DNA of 64,000 bases, from NCBI GenBank assembly GCA_963720895.1, contig CAVRGZ010000006.1, positions 8,328 to 72,327 of the forward strand, read 5' to 3'. Each line of letters begins with the position of its first letter. The first letter of the stretch is position 1. Below the pieces are notes generated by a model. It was not told the DNA's origin, did not search any database, and saw only the letters and a list, made by a program, of their open reading frames with translations. Source of the stretch: an uncultured Verrucomicrobiae bacterium (GTDB taxonomy: Bacteria; Verrucomicrobiota; Verrucomicrobiia; Chthoniobacterales; UBA10450). Below, piece after piece: positions 50,378 through 61,602 of the stretch. A program made the translations under genes and the position numbers.

Positions 50378-52129
50378 ATGATCTATCGCCGTGTGCTCCG
50401 TTATTATCGACCCTTTCTCGGTTCGACGCTCGGCGGGCCTGCTTCTTTCGCTCCTTGCCATCGGCGTTAATCTGCTTAAGCCCTGGCCGCTCAAGATCAT
50501 CATCGATCAGATTCTGCCGCGCGAATTCCGGCTTCCGGCGACCCATGCCGATTGGCACATTATATTCCCCTGCTTTGCCTCGCCCTTGTCGGGCTCCAGT
50601 TACTCTGGGGATGCTCAACCTGCTCAGCAACTATATCTTCGTGAAGGTGGGACTGCAGGCTCTGCTCAAGTTGCGGACCGAGCTTTACTCCTATCTGCAA
50701 TCGCTCTCGCTCAAGTATCACGACGCGCGCCGCTCGGCCGATTCAAGCTTTCGCGTCGCCTACGATTCGCAGGCGATCCAGACCATTTACAACAAGGGAT
50801 TCACCAACATTTTCGGCTCGGTTATCACTCTGGTCGGAATTTTCATGCATCATGCTGCGGCTCGATTGGCAGCTGACTCTGCTGTCGTTAGGCATAGTTC
50901 CTCTCATGGTGGGCGCGATCTATTTCTTCGCCAAAGAATTCGGACCGGAATCCACCTCCATCCAGGAACAGGACAGTGCCTTGCTTACCCAGGCCCAGGA
51001 AGGCCTGAGCTCGATCCGCATGGTGGCGGCTTTTGGCAGGGAGGACTTCGAGGTCTCGCCAATTCCACAAAGCGCGGAGCGAAGCCTGCAGGCCAACCTG
51101 CGTCTCACGCCTAACCAATGTGAAAAGCGCGCTGGTCATCAGCGCCCTCATGGGGATCGGCACCGCCGCAATGTATTACCTCGGCACCCTGCATGTCCTC
51201 GCCGGCATATTAACTCTCGGATCTCTCATCGTCTTCAGTTCCTACCTCGTCATGCTTTACCAGCCGCTTGAAGCACTTACCTATACGGCCTGGGCGATGG
51301 AAGGCGCGACGGCTGGAGCGCAGCGTTGCTTCGAGGTGCTGGATCGCGAAGACGATGTGCGCGATTCGCCCGGCGCCATCGAGATTTCCGGGACGCGCGC
51401 CGCGATCGCGTTTGAGCAGGTCAGTTTCAGCTACAACGACAAACACCCGGTCCTCCGCGAAATCGATCTCCAGATTTCGCCTAACCAAATCGTCGCGCTC
51501 GTTGGTGGAACCGGCGCGGGGAAGAGCACATTCCTCAGTCTGGTCCCCCGTTTCTACGATCCGAGCGCAGGCGTGGTTTCACTCGATGGCCGCGACGTGC
51601 GCGAGATCACCAAGAAATCGCTCCGCGCGCAAATCGCGATTGTTCTCCAGGACACCCTGCTTTTTTCCACCACCATCCGGGAAAACATTGCCTATGGCCG
51701 TCCCGAGGCGACCGACGCCGAGATTCGCGCAGCGGCGCGGCGGGCCCAGGCAGACGAATTTATTTGCCGACTTCCCAACGGGTACGAGAGCGCGGTCGGC
51801 GAACGCGGCGGACATTTGAGCGTCGGACAGCGGCAGCGCATCGGCATCGCTCGCGCGTTTCTGAAGAATGCGCCTATCCTTCTGCTCGATGAGCCGACCT
51901 CGGCGCTCGACCCCACGACCGAAGCCGCGATCATGGGAACGATCAAAGAACTAATGCATGGTCGCACTACACTCATCGTGACTCATCGACTCGCGACCAT
52001 CCACAACGTTGACCAGATCGTCGTGCTGGAGCATGGGCGGATGGTCGAAGAGCGGCCGCGGCGCCGAGTTGGTGGCGCGCGGCGGCCCCTATGCGAAACT
52101 ATATGCCGCCGGGAATTATCCATCCCAAT
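50378..52129 (+). pseudogene. ABC transporter, fused permease/ATPase (MsbA/exporter type), at least 5 frameshifts as assembled
   Basis: ATG 50378 starts MIYRRVLRYYRPF. TMD pieces lie in ORFs 50391, 50455, 50852 and 51033. The NBD has GGTGAGKSTFLSL (Walker A), LSVGQRQRIGIARAF (signature) and ILLLDEPTSALD (Walker B). The true C-terminus, GRGAELVARGGPYAKLYAAGNYPSQ*, ends at 52129. Confidence 0.8.
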
Positions 52130-52719
52130 GAGCAATGTAAACAGCGATCGCCGGGTGGAAGCCGATTGGTGGACGAATCCAATTCCGCCTAACGTTCAAT
52201 TCGGCGACCGGCTTTTACTGCGAGACCGCGCAGATTTTTCGCTTCTTCCATAGCCGCGAGCGAGGGTGCCTTCAGGCTCGGTGACTATGTTTCCTGCTAT
52301 GCAGGTTGCTCGTTTTCGCTCGGCCCAGAACGGCCGCTGCACGGTCGGCGACTTTACCCTGATGAACGGCGCGCTTGTCATGGCCGAGGAACTGATCGAG
52401 ATCGGAAGCTATTGCCTTGATTTCCTGGAATGTCGGGATCGCCGACTCTGATTTTCATCCGATCGATCCAGCACAGCGGCGAATCGACGCGCTGGCCCTT
52501 GCGCCTTATTATAAGGAGCGTCCGCCGCGCCCGCCTATTCGGACCGCGCCGGTCCGGATCGCGCGATAACGTCTGGATCGGAATGAACGCGGTCATCCTC
52601 AAAGGTGTGACGATCGGCGAAAACTCGGTCGTGGCCGCCGGCGATCGGTTGTCTCGAAAAGCGTCGCCGCCAACACGGTCGTCGCCGGAAATCCGGCGGT
52701 CGTGGTAAAGAATCTCTGA
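52126..52719 (+). pseudogene. Hexapeptide-repeat (LbH) acetyltransferase, at least 2 frameshifts as assembled
   Basis: ATG 52126 overlaps the ABC stop (ATGA). The conserved DNVWIGMNAVILKGVTIGENSVVAAG, followed by ANTVVAGNPAVVVKNL* in another frame, is typical of maltose/galactoside-type O-acetyltransferases. Confidence 0.6.
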
Positions 52720-52821
52720 CCGCGGATTACCCAGATGACGCTGGATAAAAACCGAATGCCGTGAATGCTGAGTCTTTTCCCATCCGAGCAATTCGCGAAA
52801 TCCGCGGTTAATAATTTCCTC

Positions 52822-53998
52822 ATGAAACGCAAACGAATCGTCGTCATGGGATTCATGGGCTCGATGCCGATCGCCGGCGTCATTTGGCAGCACATCCATT
52901 ACATCGTCGGCCTGCAGCGTCTCGGCCACGATGTTTATTACATTGAAGACTCCGCGCGGATTCCCTACAACCCGCAAACTTTCGACACGAGCAACGACTT
53001 TGCCTATGCCGCGCAATTCCTTGGCCAACTGGCGCGCGAGTTCGGCTTCGAGCGGCGCTGGGGCTTTTGTGCGCGCTATCTGCCAGAGCATCCGACGGCC
53101 GGAATTCGCCTGCCGAAAATCCAGCAACTCTACCGCGAAGCGGACGCCATCCTCAACGTCTGCGGGACTCAGGAATTCAATGACGATCTGCTGCAAAGCG
53201 AGCGCATTCTTTACGTCGAAAGCGATCCCGGGGTTGAGCAAATCAAAGTCGATCAACGGCGTTCGCTCGACGATCGATTATCTCGGGAAGCATCGCGCCC
53301 TTTTTACCTTTGGCGAAAACATCGGGACCGAAAGATTCCCCGTGCCGCTGCACAAGTTGAAGTGGCTCCCGACCCGTCAGCCGGTCGTGACCGATCTCTG
53401 GAAAACGAGTCGCGCGCCGGCGCGGCCGCGGTTTTCACCTCGATGGCCAACTGGTCGACCAGCGGCCTGAAAGACATCGAGTGGCGGGGCGAGAAATATC
53501 TCTGGAGCAAGTCGCGCGAATTTCTCCGCTTCGTGGCCGCGCCGAAAAGATCCGGCGAACCATTCGAGCTTGCGACCGACATCAAGGACGAGAAGACGCG
53601 CGAAAAATTTCTGCAGCAATGGCTGGCGTTTCCGCGCGCCGCACGAGATGAGCGTCGAGTATTGGCAATATCGCGATTATATCCGGCGTTCGAAAGGCGA
53701 ATTCACCGTCGCGAAGGATCAATACGTCCGGCTCCAGACCGGTTGGTTCAGCGACCGCAGCGCCTGTTATCTCGCGGCCGGGCGTCCAGTCATCACTCAG
53801 GAGACCGGCTTCACCGAGCACTACGGCAACAACGGCGGATTGTTCGCTTTCCGGTCGTTAGGCGAAATTGCCGAGGCGGTGCGCCAGATCAACGCCGATT
53901 ACAAGAAGCACAGCCGCGGCCGCGCGCGCCCTCGCCCGATGAGATTTTCGAAGCGGAGAAGGTCCTTGCGCAAACTCTTGGAACGCGCTGGAATTTAG
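52822..53998 (+). pseudogene. Conserved hypothetical protein, glycosyltransferase-like C-terminal half; at least 3 frameshifts as assembled
   Basis: ATG 52822 starts MKRKRIVVMGFMGSMPIAGVIWQHIHYIVGLQRLGHDVYYIED. The colinear continuation is in ORFs 52931..53470 and 53570..53998 (WFSDRSACYLAAGRPVITQETGF...GLFAFRSLGEIAEAVRQINADY). The fold assignment is tentative. Confidence 0.4.
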
Positions 53999-54199
53999 AG
54001 CGGTCTAGAGGGAGGAGCGCTCAGGTTTTCTGCGAAGAGCATGCTTCCGGCGCGTCGTCTCCCATGGCTCTGACGAAGCGATCCTCTCCCGAGCTACAGA
54101 CATCTGACAACTGAACGTTTTCACAGGTTCCGCTCTCTAACGCTTCGATTGTCGTTTTACACTCGCGCTCTTCTGCTTGATCTTCCCGCTCTTTTCCTG

Positions 54200-55701
54200 A
54201 TGCACCGATTCCGTCTTTTCATCTGCTTGTTGCGCTTTTCCCCGTGCCGAGGCGCAGGCCCAGCCAAACGGCAATATCCAAAGCAGCCTCGTCCGAATCA
54301 CCTCGACCGAGGTGGAGCCCGATTATCGCGCGCCTTGGAACTCCGGTTCCATCGGGCGCGGGGTCGGTGCAGGATTCGTCATCGACGGCCAGCGCATTCT
54401 GACCAACGCCCATGTGGTGAGCAACAGCCGCTACCTCACGGTCGAACGCGAGGGCGATCCCAATAAATATCCCGGCCACGGTCCAATTTGTCGCCCACGA
54501 TTGCGATCTGGCGCTGCTCCCGGTCGCGAACCCGAATTTCTTGAAAGACATGGAGCCGCTCAGTTTCGGCGGCATCCCCGCGCTCGAGTCAACCGTCTCG
54601 GCTTACGGATACCCGATCGGTGGCGAACGCATGTCGGTAACCACCGGGATCGTTTCGCGGATCGATTTCAACTTTACACCCACTCGGCGATCGATTCGCA
54701 TCTGGCGATTCAGATCAGCGCGCAGATCAATCCCGGCAACAGCGGCGGCCCCGTGATGCAGAGTGGCAAAGTGGTCGGGGTAGCCTTTCAAGGTTACAGC
54801 GGCGACATCGCCCAGGGGGTCGCTTACATGATCCCAACGCCGGTGATTCACCGCTTTCTCAAAGATATCAAGGACGGCCATTACGATAAATATGTCGATC
54901 TCGGCATCACTTATACAAAGCTGCAAAACCCGGCCCAGCGCCATTTCCTTGGCTTGAAAGACGACGACCGCGGCGTGCTTGTCGGAACCGTGATCGACGC
55001 CGGTCCCGTGCGGAAAGAAGTTCAGAACAGGTGATGTGCTGCTCTCGATTGACGATCATCCGATTGCCAGTGACGGAAATGTGGAACTGGAAGGCGAGCG
55101 CGTCGAAATGCCGGAGATCGTCGAGCGGAAGTTCAAGGGCGATAAGGTAAAGCTCGACCTCCTGCGCAAACAGCCGGCCATGAGCGTGCGACGATCGAGC
55201 TGGGCACGGTTTGGCCATATCTCATCCAGGGTCACAGCTACGATATGCGGCCGCGTTACGTGCTTTACGGCGGCTTGCTTTTCCAGCCGATGACCCTTGA
55301 TCTGATGGAAGCCTATCGCATCAGCCGATCTGCGGGTCCGCCATTTTTTTGATTTCTTCGTCATGGAACAAATCTATCTCCAGCATCCGGAAGTCATCAT
55401 TCTGACCAACATTCTGCCAGACCCGATCAACACCTATCTGTTTCCCTACCGCTACGGCATCGTAGATGAAATTAACGGGCAAGAAAATCCGCACGCTTCA
55501 GGATCTGGCCAGGGCGTTCGCATCCCGCCGGAACGTTTTGTCATGAAGATGGTTGGCGACGGCCCGCCGCTGGTGCTGGACCCGAAAGAGGTGGAATCAG
55601 CCCGGGAGCGAATCAAGACGCGTTACAACGTCGTCTCGGAACAAAACCTGGAGGAGCAACCCCCGCCCAAACCGGCGGTCGCAGCCCAAACCAACAACTG
55701 A
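54200..55701 (+). pseudogene. Deg/HtrA-type (S1C) serine protease with PDZ-like C-terminal region, at least 4 frameshifts as assembled
   Basis: All triad motifs are present: ILTNAHVV (His), AHDCDLALL (Asp, from frame reconstruction near 54480-54520) and INPGNSGGPV (Ser). The C-terminal pieces are in ORFs 55036..55293 and 55363..55701. Confidence 0.7.
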
Positions 55702-55703
55702 TC

Positions 55704-57223
55704 ATGCGTCAGACCGCTCTCCTTCTGATCATCATGCCTTGCTGCTCTCGCTCCGGCCGAGGCGAAGAAGGCGCCTGTCGCTCTGAAGAAATTGCCGGCG
55801 ACCGCGCAGGGCGCCGTGCAGGCCAAGGAAGTTTCATTGGTCCGGGTCAATGTAACCGGTCAACCGTACGATTATTTTCGGCCGTGGCAAAAGAAGGCGC
55901 CATTTTCCAAACGCGCCCTCGGTGCCGTGCTTCCGCAGGATCGCGTGCTCGTCACGGCCGATCTGGTGGCGAACCAGAATTACGTCGAGCTGGAGCGGGC
56001 GGAATCGGGCGAAAAAACCGCGGCGAATGTGGTCGTGGTCGATTACGAAGCCAATCTCGCTTTGCTCGAGCCGATCGATAAGAAATTTCTCAACGGCCTG
56101 CAGCCGCTCGAACTCGCGCTCGATATCGTGGTGGGCGATCGGCTTTCAGCCTGGCAACTGGAATCCACCGGCACGCTCGTGGTGACGGAAGGAATCGTGA
56201 CCACAGTCGGCGTTACGCGTTACCCGGCAGACGTCGCCGATTTTCTGACCTACCGCCTGAGCATTCCGATGCAATACCGGGACAACAGCTACACCGTTCC
56301 GCTGGTCAAAAACAACAAGCTGGCCGCCCTGCTTCTTCGCTACGACCCCCGCACCCAGGTCCTCGACGCCATTCCTGCACCTATCATCGCGCACTTTTTG
56401 AAGGATGCCGCCGGCGAGCACTACCAGGGATTTCCATCGTTGGGCATTGCCTTTTTCCCGACCCGCGACCCGCAATTGCGTTCCTATGCCGGCGAGACCG
56501 GCAAAACAGGTGGCGTCTACGTCACGAGCGTCGAACCAGGATTGCCCGCGGCCAAGGCGGGCTTGCAAGCCGGGGACATTATCACGGCGGTGGGCGACAA
56601 CGAGGTCGATCAAAACGGCAACTACGTTGACTCGCTCTATGGAAAAATCGAATTCAGCAATCTCCTCACCGCCAAGGCCTACGTCGGCGATTCCGTTGCC
56701 CTCCAAATTCAGCGCGGTGGAAAGCCAGTGACCCTGAACGTCAAACTCGAGCACAGGGCGTGAAAACGACTATGTCGTTCCCCCTTACAACATCGATGAG
56801 GCACCATCCTATTACGTTTTGGGCGGCCTGATTTTTCAGGAACTGACCCGCCAATACCTCAAGGAGTGGGGCGCGAACTGGCAAAAAGATGCACCGCAAG
56901 ACTTCGTCTATCTCGATAAGTTCCAGTCGGAGCTTTTCCCTGAGGGAAAACAGCGCGTCGTTATCCTGAGCCAGGTGCTGCCAGCGAACAGCACGATTGG
57001 TTACGATGACTTCAGCTATCTGGTCGTGAAAAAGGTCAATGGTAAAGAGATCAAATCGTTAGGCGACCTGGCCGAAGCAGTCAAAACACCCGTCAATGGC
57101 TTTCACGTGATCGAAACCGTGGACGACCCGAAGCAGCTCGAGCTCGACGCCTCACAGGTGGCCGCCGAGGCGGAAGCCTTGCAAAAAAATTACGGCCTGC
57201 CCGCGACACAGCGCTTGCCGTAA
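55704..57223 (+). pseudogene. Deg-like paralogue lacking the catalytic His and Asp (probable pseudoprotease) with PDZ domain, about 3 frameshifts as assembled
   Basis: It is colinear with the upstream Deg gene. It reads VLVTADLVANQ where ILTNAHVV is expected, and YEANLALLEP where DCDLALLP is expected. The Ser region reads YRDNSYTVPL. The PDZ-like segment is GGVYVTSVEPGLPAAKAGLQAGDIITAVGDNEV. Pieces lie in ORFs 55704, 55792..56763 and 56819..57223. Confidence 0.6.
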
Positions 57224-57262
57224 ATGGATTGCTGATTTTTGAGGCTCGATTGCTGATTGGTC

Positions 57263-57970
57263 ATGGAGCAAAGCGTCCGTAATCAGAAATCCGCAATCAA
57301 CAATTTGCCGCCGCCCTTTGGCGCGATATTCGACTGGGACGGCGTCATCATCGATTCGGGGAATCTGCATGCGCAGAGCTGGCGCCGGCTCGCGGCGGAA
57401 ATAGGGCGATCCATCGCGGAGGACAGTTTCATTCGCGGATTCGGGATGAAGAGTAGCCGGATCATTGAAGAGATTCACGGTTGGTCGAAAGAGCCCGCGG
57501 AGGTCGCCCGGCTGGCGAATCGCAAGGAAGAAATTTATCGCGAGCTCGTGGCGCAGAGTGAGATTGCCCCTTTGCCAGGGGTGGTCGAATGGCTCCATCG
57601 CTTGGACCAAGCTGGGGTGCCCTGCGCGGTGGCGTCGTCAACCCAGCGCCTGAACATCGATGCAATACTAGATCGGATTGGGTTGCGGCAGGCCTTTCGC
57701 GAGATTGTCTCGGCCGAAGATGTGGTGCACGGAAAACCGAATCCCGAAGTTTTTCTGAAAGCCGCCGCGCGTCTCGGCCTGGCGGCGAGACGGGCGGTGG
57801 TTTTCGAGGACGCGCACGTTGGCATCGAGGCCGCTCATGCCGGCGGAATGAAGGTTGTGGCAGTCGCGACAACCCACCCGGCGGCGCAACTTTCGAGCGC
57901 AGATCTTGTTGTCAGTCGTCTCAACGAGCTGACGCTCGAGCAGGTCGCAAATGTCCTATCGGTCCCATAG
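57263..57970 (+). CDS. HAD-superfamily hydrolase (beta-phosphoglucomutase-like subfamily IA)
   Basis: ORF 57257..57970. It has IFDWDGVIIDS (the DxD nucleophile motif), ASST (motif II), HGKPNPEVFL and VVFEDAHVGIEAAHAGGM (motifs III/IV). Confidence 0.8.
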   Translation: MEQSVRNQKSAINNLPPPFGAIFDWDGVIIDSGNLHAQSWRRLAAEIGRSIAEDSFIRGFGMKSSRIIEEIHGWSKEPAEVARLANRKEEIYRELVAQSEIAPLPGVVEWLHRLDQAGVPCAVASSTQRLNIDAILDRIGLRQAFREIVSAEDVVHGKPNPEVFLKAAARLGLAARRAVVFEDAHVGIEAAHAGGMKVVAVATTHPAAQLSSADLVVSRLNELTLEQVANVLSVP

Positions 57971-58039
57971 GACTTATGGAACCCTGAAACTCCGACGTGA
58001 CGTCCCATACTCTGGTCAGGACGCCGATCTGCGACTACA

Positions 58040-59012
58040 TCACTCGTTAGGTTGGGCGAGCACCGTCCGCCGATCGATCGGTCGACCGGCCGCCGCCCAA
58101 CGATCGTAGAGCGACCAACCGCGCGCGAGAAGTGTGGCGCCCTCCCCAAAGCGATCGGGACTGCCCAGAATCACCACGATCAAACGTCGGGGCGTGACGA
58201 CTGTTGCGGCGCCTTCTTGCACCACTTCCGACGAACGCGCCGCCGTGACGACAAGACAGTCGCCGGCGAGCTGAGTGCGGCCGGTTTTCACCCCATCGAT
58301 GTTGTCACGGCCGAGCAGCTCGTTGGTGTTTCGCAGCAGATAGCGCAAACGCTCGGAGCCGCGTCCGAAACCGATTTCCCGTTCCTTTTGCGAAACATAA
58401 AACCGGAAGCCCGCATTGTTCATCGCATATCTCGTCAGCCGGGCGATGTCCGCCGCGGTTGAGAAAGGTTTCTCTTTCCCATCGAGACCGCTCGGATTGA
58501 GAAAACGTGTCCGCTCCATCCCGAGATGCTGGGCGAGCGCATTCATCTGAAGGACAAAGTAATCGACCGGTGTCCCGCGGGCCGCCTCCCCGCTCGGCGG
58601 GACCAGCCCATGGAGGGCCCGTCCGACATGATCCCCCAGGGTGTAAGCTGCGATGTTGTCGGATTGTACGAGCGCCGCATAAAGCAGGTCACGCAACGTG
58701 ATCGTGTCGCCCGGTTGAAAGCCAATGTTGTTTTCGCTCGTGCCGACAAAAGCGGCCTCCGGGATGGTGGCGACCTGCGCGAGATCACCATTTTGTTTCG
58801 CGGCCCAATCGAGCACGACCATCGCCGTGGCGATCTTCGTCAGGCTTCCGACCTGGCGTTTCTTATCGGGCTGCAGCTTTTCAAGAACAAAGCCCGTCTT
58901 CGCATCGATCGTGATGCTGCTCTGGGCGGCGCGAAAGCGAGCGCGTCCCACCCAGGGCAAAAAGCGCCAAAAGCAGAGCCACGAGCGCAAATTTACGAAG
59001 GAAAACGATCAC
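58040..59012 (-). CDS. D-alanyl-D-alanine carboxypeptidase (S11 / PBP5-like serine hydrolase)
   Basis: ORF 58040..58990 carries SLTK (SxxK), SDN and KTG (GVKTGRTQLAG). A much better signal peptide, (V)IVFLRKFALVALLLALFALGG from GTG 59012, is in another frame. This suggests an N-terminal frameshift near 58920-58935. Confidence 0.75.
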
Positions 59013-59107
59013 GACGGTCAAAACCGCTGCACGTTAACTGTGCCCTCTCGCTTGGCAACCGCAATCCGCGGGCGAAGCCCCCCGGGCTAACCGAGTCGCG
59101 CTCTTGC

Positions 59108-59791
59108 CTAACGAAGGCTGACGGACGATCGCGCGCCGTAACGGAAGGCATCCGGGCTGAGGACGAGGAGAATACGTTCGGCAGCGTTACGCATGTCGAA
59201 CGGAGTCGCCTTGCCCATCCCACTGGCGCGCAATGTTCCGTGCCTGCCCTGAGAATTGCTTCCACCGGCCATGTCGAATTCGTAAATCACACGATGTTTT
59301 TGCACGTCCGTGACCTTTACGTGCAGAGCGAGCATCGAAGCGCCCGCGCCAAATGTGCCAAAAAAGAAGCGCCCGGCCGGGTCGCCGCCATCGACGAGAT
59401 CAAATCGACCTTCAACCAACCAGCCGACTCTGGGCGCTTCGTCCTCCTCGAGGATGCGCGTCGGCGCCATCTTGCTCAGCTCTTCTTTCAAGTTCTGAGC
59501 AAAGGCGACCGGGGTGAGCGCCTTGCGAATCGGCATCTCTCCGTCGGAAGCCGCTTCATCGTTTCGGAATACGGCTGTGTCGATACAAAATGGCCGAATA
59601 TAGATCGCAGAAGGATTTGCCGCGCCCACTCCGCAGTTGGTTGAATAACGCATGGAGCCAAAATCCTTGGCATCTACTGGGCCACCAGCCTCGGAATTGG
59701 GGACGTATGTCTTGGTGACGACCATATCGGCGCAGGAGCAGAGCAGCAAACTGAAGGCGATGACGGTAAGAGATTTCATATTTTTAGACAC
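59108..59791 (-). CDS. Lipoprotein of unknown function
   Basis: 227-aa ORF (GTG 59791 or ATG 59779). The signal and lipobox are MKSLTVIAFSLLLCSCAD. No enzyme motifs were recognised. Confidence 0.6.
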   Translation of the reverse strand: MSKNMKSLTVIAFSLLLCSCADMVVTKTYVPNSEAGGPVDAKDFGSMRYSTNCGVGAANPSAIYIRPFCIDTAVFRNDEAASDGEMPIRKALTPVAFAQNLKEELSKMAPTRILEEDEAPRVGWLVEGRFDLVDGGDPAGRFFFGTFGAGASMLALHVKVTDVQKHRVIYEFDMAGGSNSQGRHGTLRASGMGKATPFDMRNAAERILLVLSPDAFRYGARSSVSLR

Positions 59792-59876
59792 CGCCGGTCT
59801 CCGTCGTTAGGACGTAGCCAGCGGCACTCTCTCGATGATGCAACTCTCGTGCCGTCGTCGCGAAAATTTCGTTCTC

Positions 59877-60377
59877 CTACGGCTCCGCCCGCGAAGCCCG
59901 ATGGCTCGTAACCAGGCCGCGGCAGACAAAATAAACGATCGCGGCCGAAGGCAATCCAATGATAAGCGAACCAATGAGCAGCGGGCGGCCGACGGAAAAG
60001 AGGGTCTCCCAGTGCGCATAGTAACGGAATCCCAGGGCCGGGAAATGGAGTCTCTGCGGAAGGCGACCGTGCACCGTCCAATAACCAAACTTGTATTCCC
60101 AAAGATAGATCGCCGGCATAAACGGCAGAATCAGGTCGTGCAACTGGACACTGATCGCTGCGGCGATCTTATTGCTCTTGAAGAGCCACGCGACCGCAAT
60201 CGAGAGCAGTGTTTTAAGGCTCCAAAGAGGGGTAAAACCAAAGAAGATCCCAATCGCCACACCCATGGCGATCGAATGCGGCGTGTCCTCGATCGTGACG
60301 ATACGAAAGTGGACATGGCTCAACCACTTGCGGAAACGCGCCCAGGTTCCCGGTTTCTCGACAGCTTCCTGAGCCAT
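59877..60377 (-). CDS. DUF2062-family membrane protein
   Basis: Within ORF 59877..60665, likely start ATG 60377 (MAQEAVEKPGTWARF). The core TPHSIAMGVAIGIFFGFTPLWSLKTLLSIAVAWLFKSNKIAAAISVQL matches the DUF2062 pattern. Confidence 0.65.
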   Translation of the reverse strand: MAQEAVEKPGTWARFRKWLSHVHFRIVTIEDTPHSIAMGVAIGIFFGFTPLWSLKTLLSIAVAWLFKSNKIAAAISVQLHDLILPFMPAIYLWEYKFGYWTVHGRLPQRLHFPALGFRYYAHWETLFSVGRPLLIGSLIIGLPSAAIVYFVCRGLVTSHRASRAEP

Positions 60378-61333
60378 GGTGCGTTTTTGCCTAACGAAAA
60401 AAGATCGGATTGGCGCTCCGGTGCATGGGCGATCTGCCTGAGCGCCGCGCGCAGGCGGAGAGCGGCATGCGGCGCGAAATCGAGCGCGTTGTTGTTGAAG
60501 ACAACGTGCACGATATTCGCCTCGGAGGCGAGCTTCTTTGCCCGCTCCGCGATCTCGCTGATCTCTTCGTCGCTGTAGTCGTAATAGAAACGCTCGGCCA
60601 CAGTCTTGCCGCGCAAGTAAGCCTGCGCATCGCGCCCATGGAGCCGCAGATAAGCAAGCGGACAATGCGTCACCACGTCCAGGTCGCCCGGCATGATCGT
60701 AAAATGCGCGTCGTTAGGAGTGTCGACCAGCGAGAGCGTCGTGTTGTGGCGCCGGAAAAACTCGACGGTTTGCTCCAATTGTTCGTCGCTCGTCCAGTTC
60801 CGGTTCCGCAATTCGACCACCGCCCCCAGCGGACTCAAGCGCCCGAGCAAATCCTCCAGCTCTGCCAAGGTATGTTTTCGTGGGGAAAAGGCGGGTGAAA
60901 GTTGGAGAAGAAAAGCGCCAAGTTTTCGCTCCGCTCGCAGCGGCTCCACCGCCGAGATCAGTTCCTCGACCAGAGCGTCCTCGATCTTCGGGGTCAGCTT
61001 CACCTTTCCTTTCCCATCGCTCTCCGCGCTCCGTTGCAAGGCCGGCGGGAGTGATTTCAAGGTTGCGGCGTGACGTGAAAGCAGCTTGTGCGCTTTCACG
61101 TCGAAAATAAAATCGTCAGGTGTGCTCCGGCACCACCGTTCCACCACACGGCGAGCCGGGATGGCATAGAAGCTGGAGTTCACCTCCACAAGCTCGAAAT
61201 GTTGCGCGTACCACGGCAGTCGCTCAGCCGCCGGCAGTTTCGCCGGGTACCAGCGATCGACAAACCCGGGATCGGACCAACTCGCCGTGCCGACGAGTAT
61301 CCGTCCCGAATCGGTTGATGATTTCCGCGACAC
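60320..61333 (-). CDS. DUF72-family protein
   Basis: 337-aa ORF starting at GTG. The N-terminus ILVGTASWSDPGFVDRWYPAKLPAAERLPWYAQHFELVEVNSSFYAIP is the characteristic DUF72 signature. Confidence 0.8.
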   Translation of the reverse strand: MSRKSSTDSGRILVGTASWSDPGFVDRWYPAKLPAAERLPWYAQHFELVEVNSSFYAIPARRVVERWCRSTPDDFIFDVKAHKLLSRHAATLKSLPPALQRSAESDGKGKVKLTPKIEDALVEELISAVEPLRAERKLGAFLLQLSPAFSPRKHTLAELEDLLGRLSPLGAVVELRNRNWTSDEQLEQTVEFFRRHNTTLSLVDTPNDAHFTIMPGDLDVVTHCPLAYLRLHGRDAQAYLRGKTVAERFYYDYSDEEISEIAERAKKLASEANIVHVVFNNNALDFAPHAALRLRAALRQIAHAPERQSDLFSLGKNAPWLRKLSRNREPGRVSASG

Positions 61334-61602
61334 AAAAGAGAAAACGCACAGGACAATTCAAACGCAACTGTGTTTGATTGCGGAGACGGGATTTGAATCC
61401 GCGGTCCCGGCGCCTGCCGGATTGATCCCACCGAAACTCGGGATAGGTCGCGGCCGCTTCTGTGGTTTGCGGAATGAGAGGTTTCAGGCGCTCAATTTTT
61501 TACGGACATGTTTTTTGGAAGGAACAAGCATCCGATTACTCACGAGCAACGGCAATTGCCGGCACGGGGATTGAGACATAGGATTCGCGAGCTCAAGCCG
61601 CC

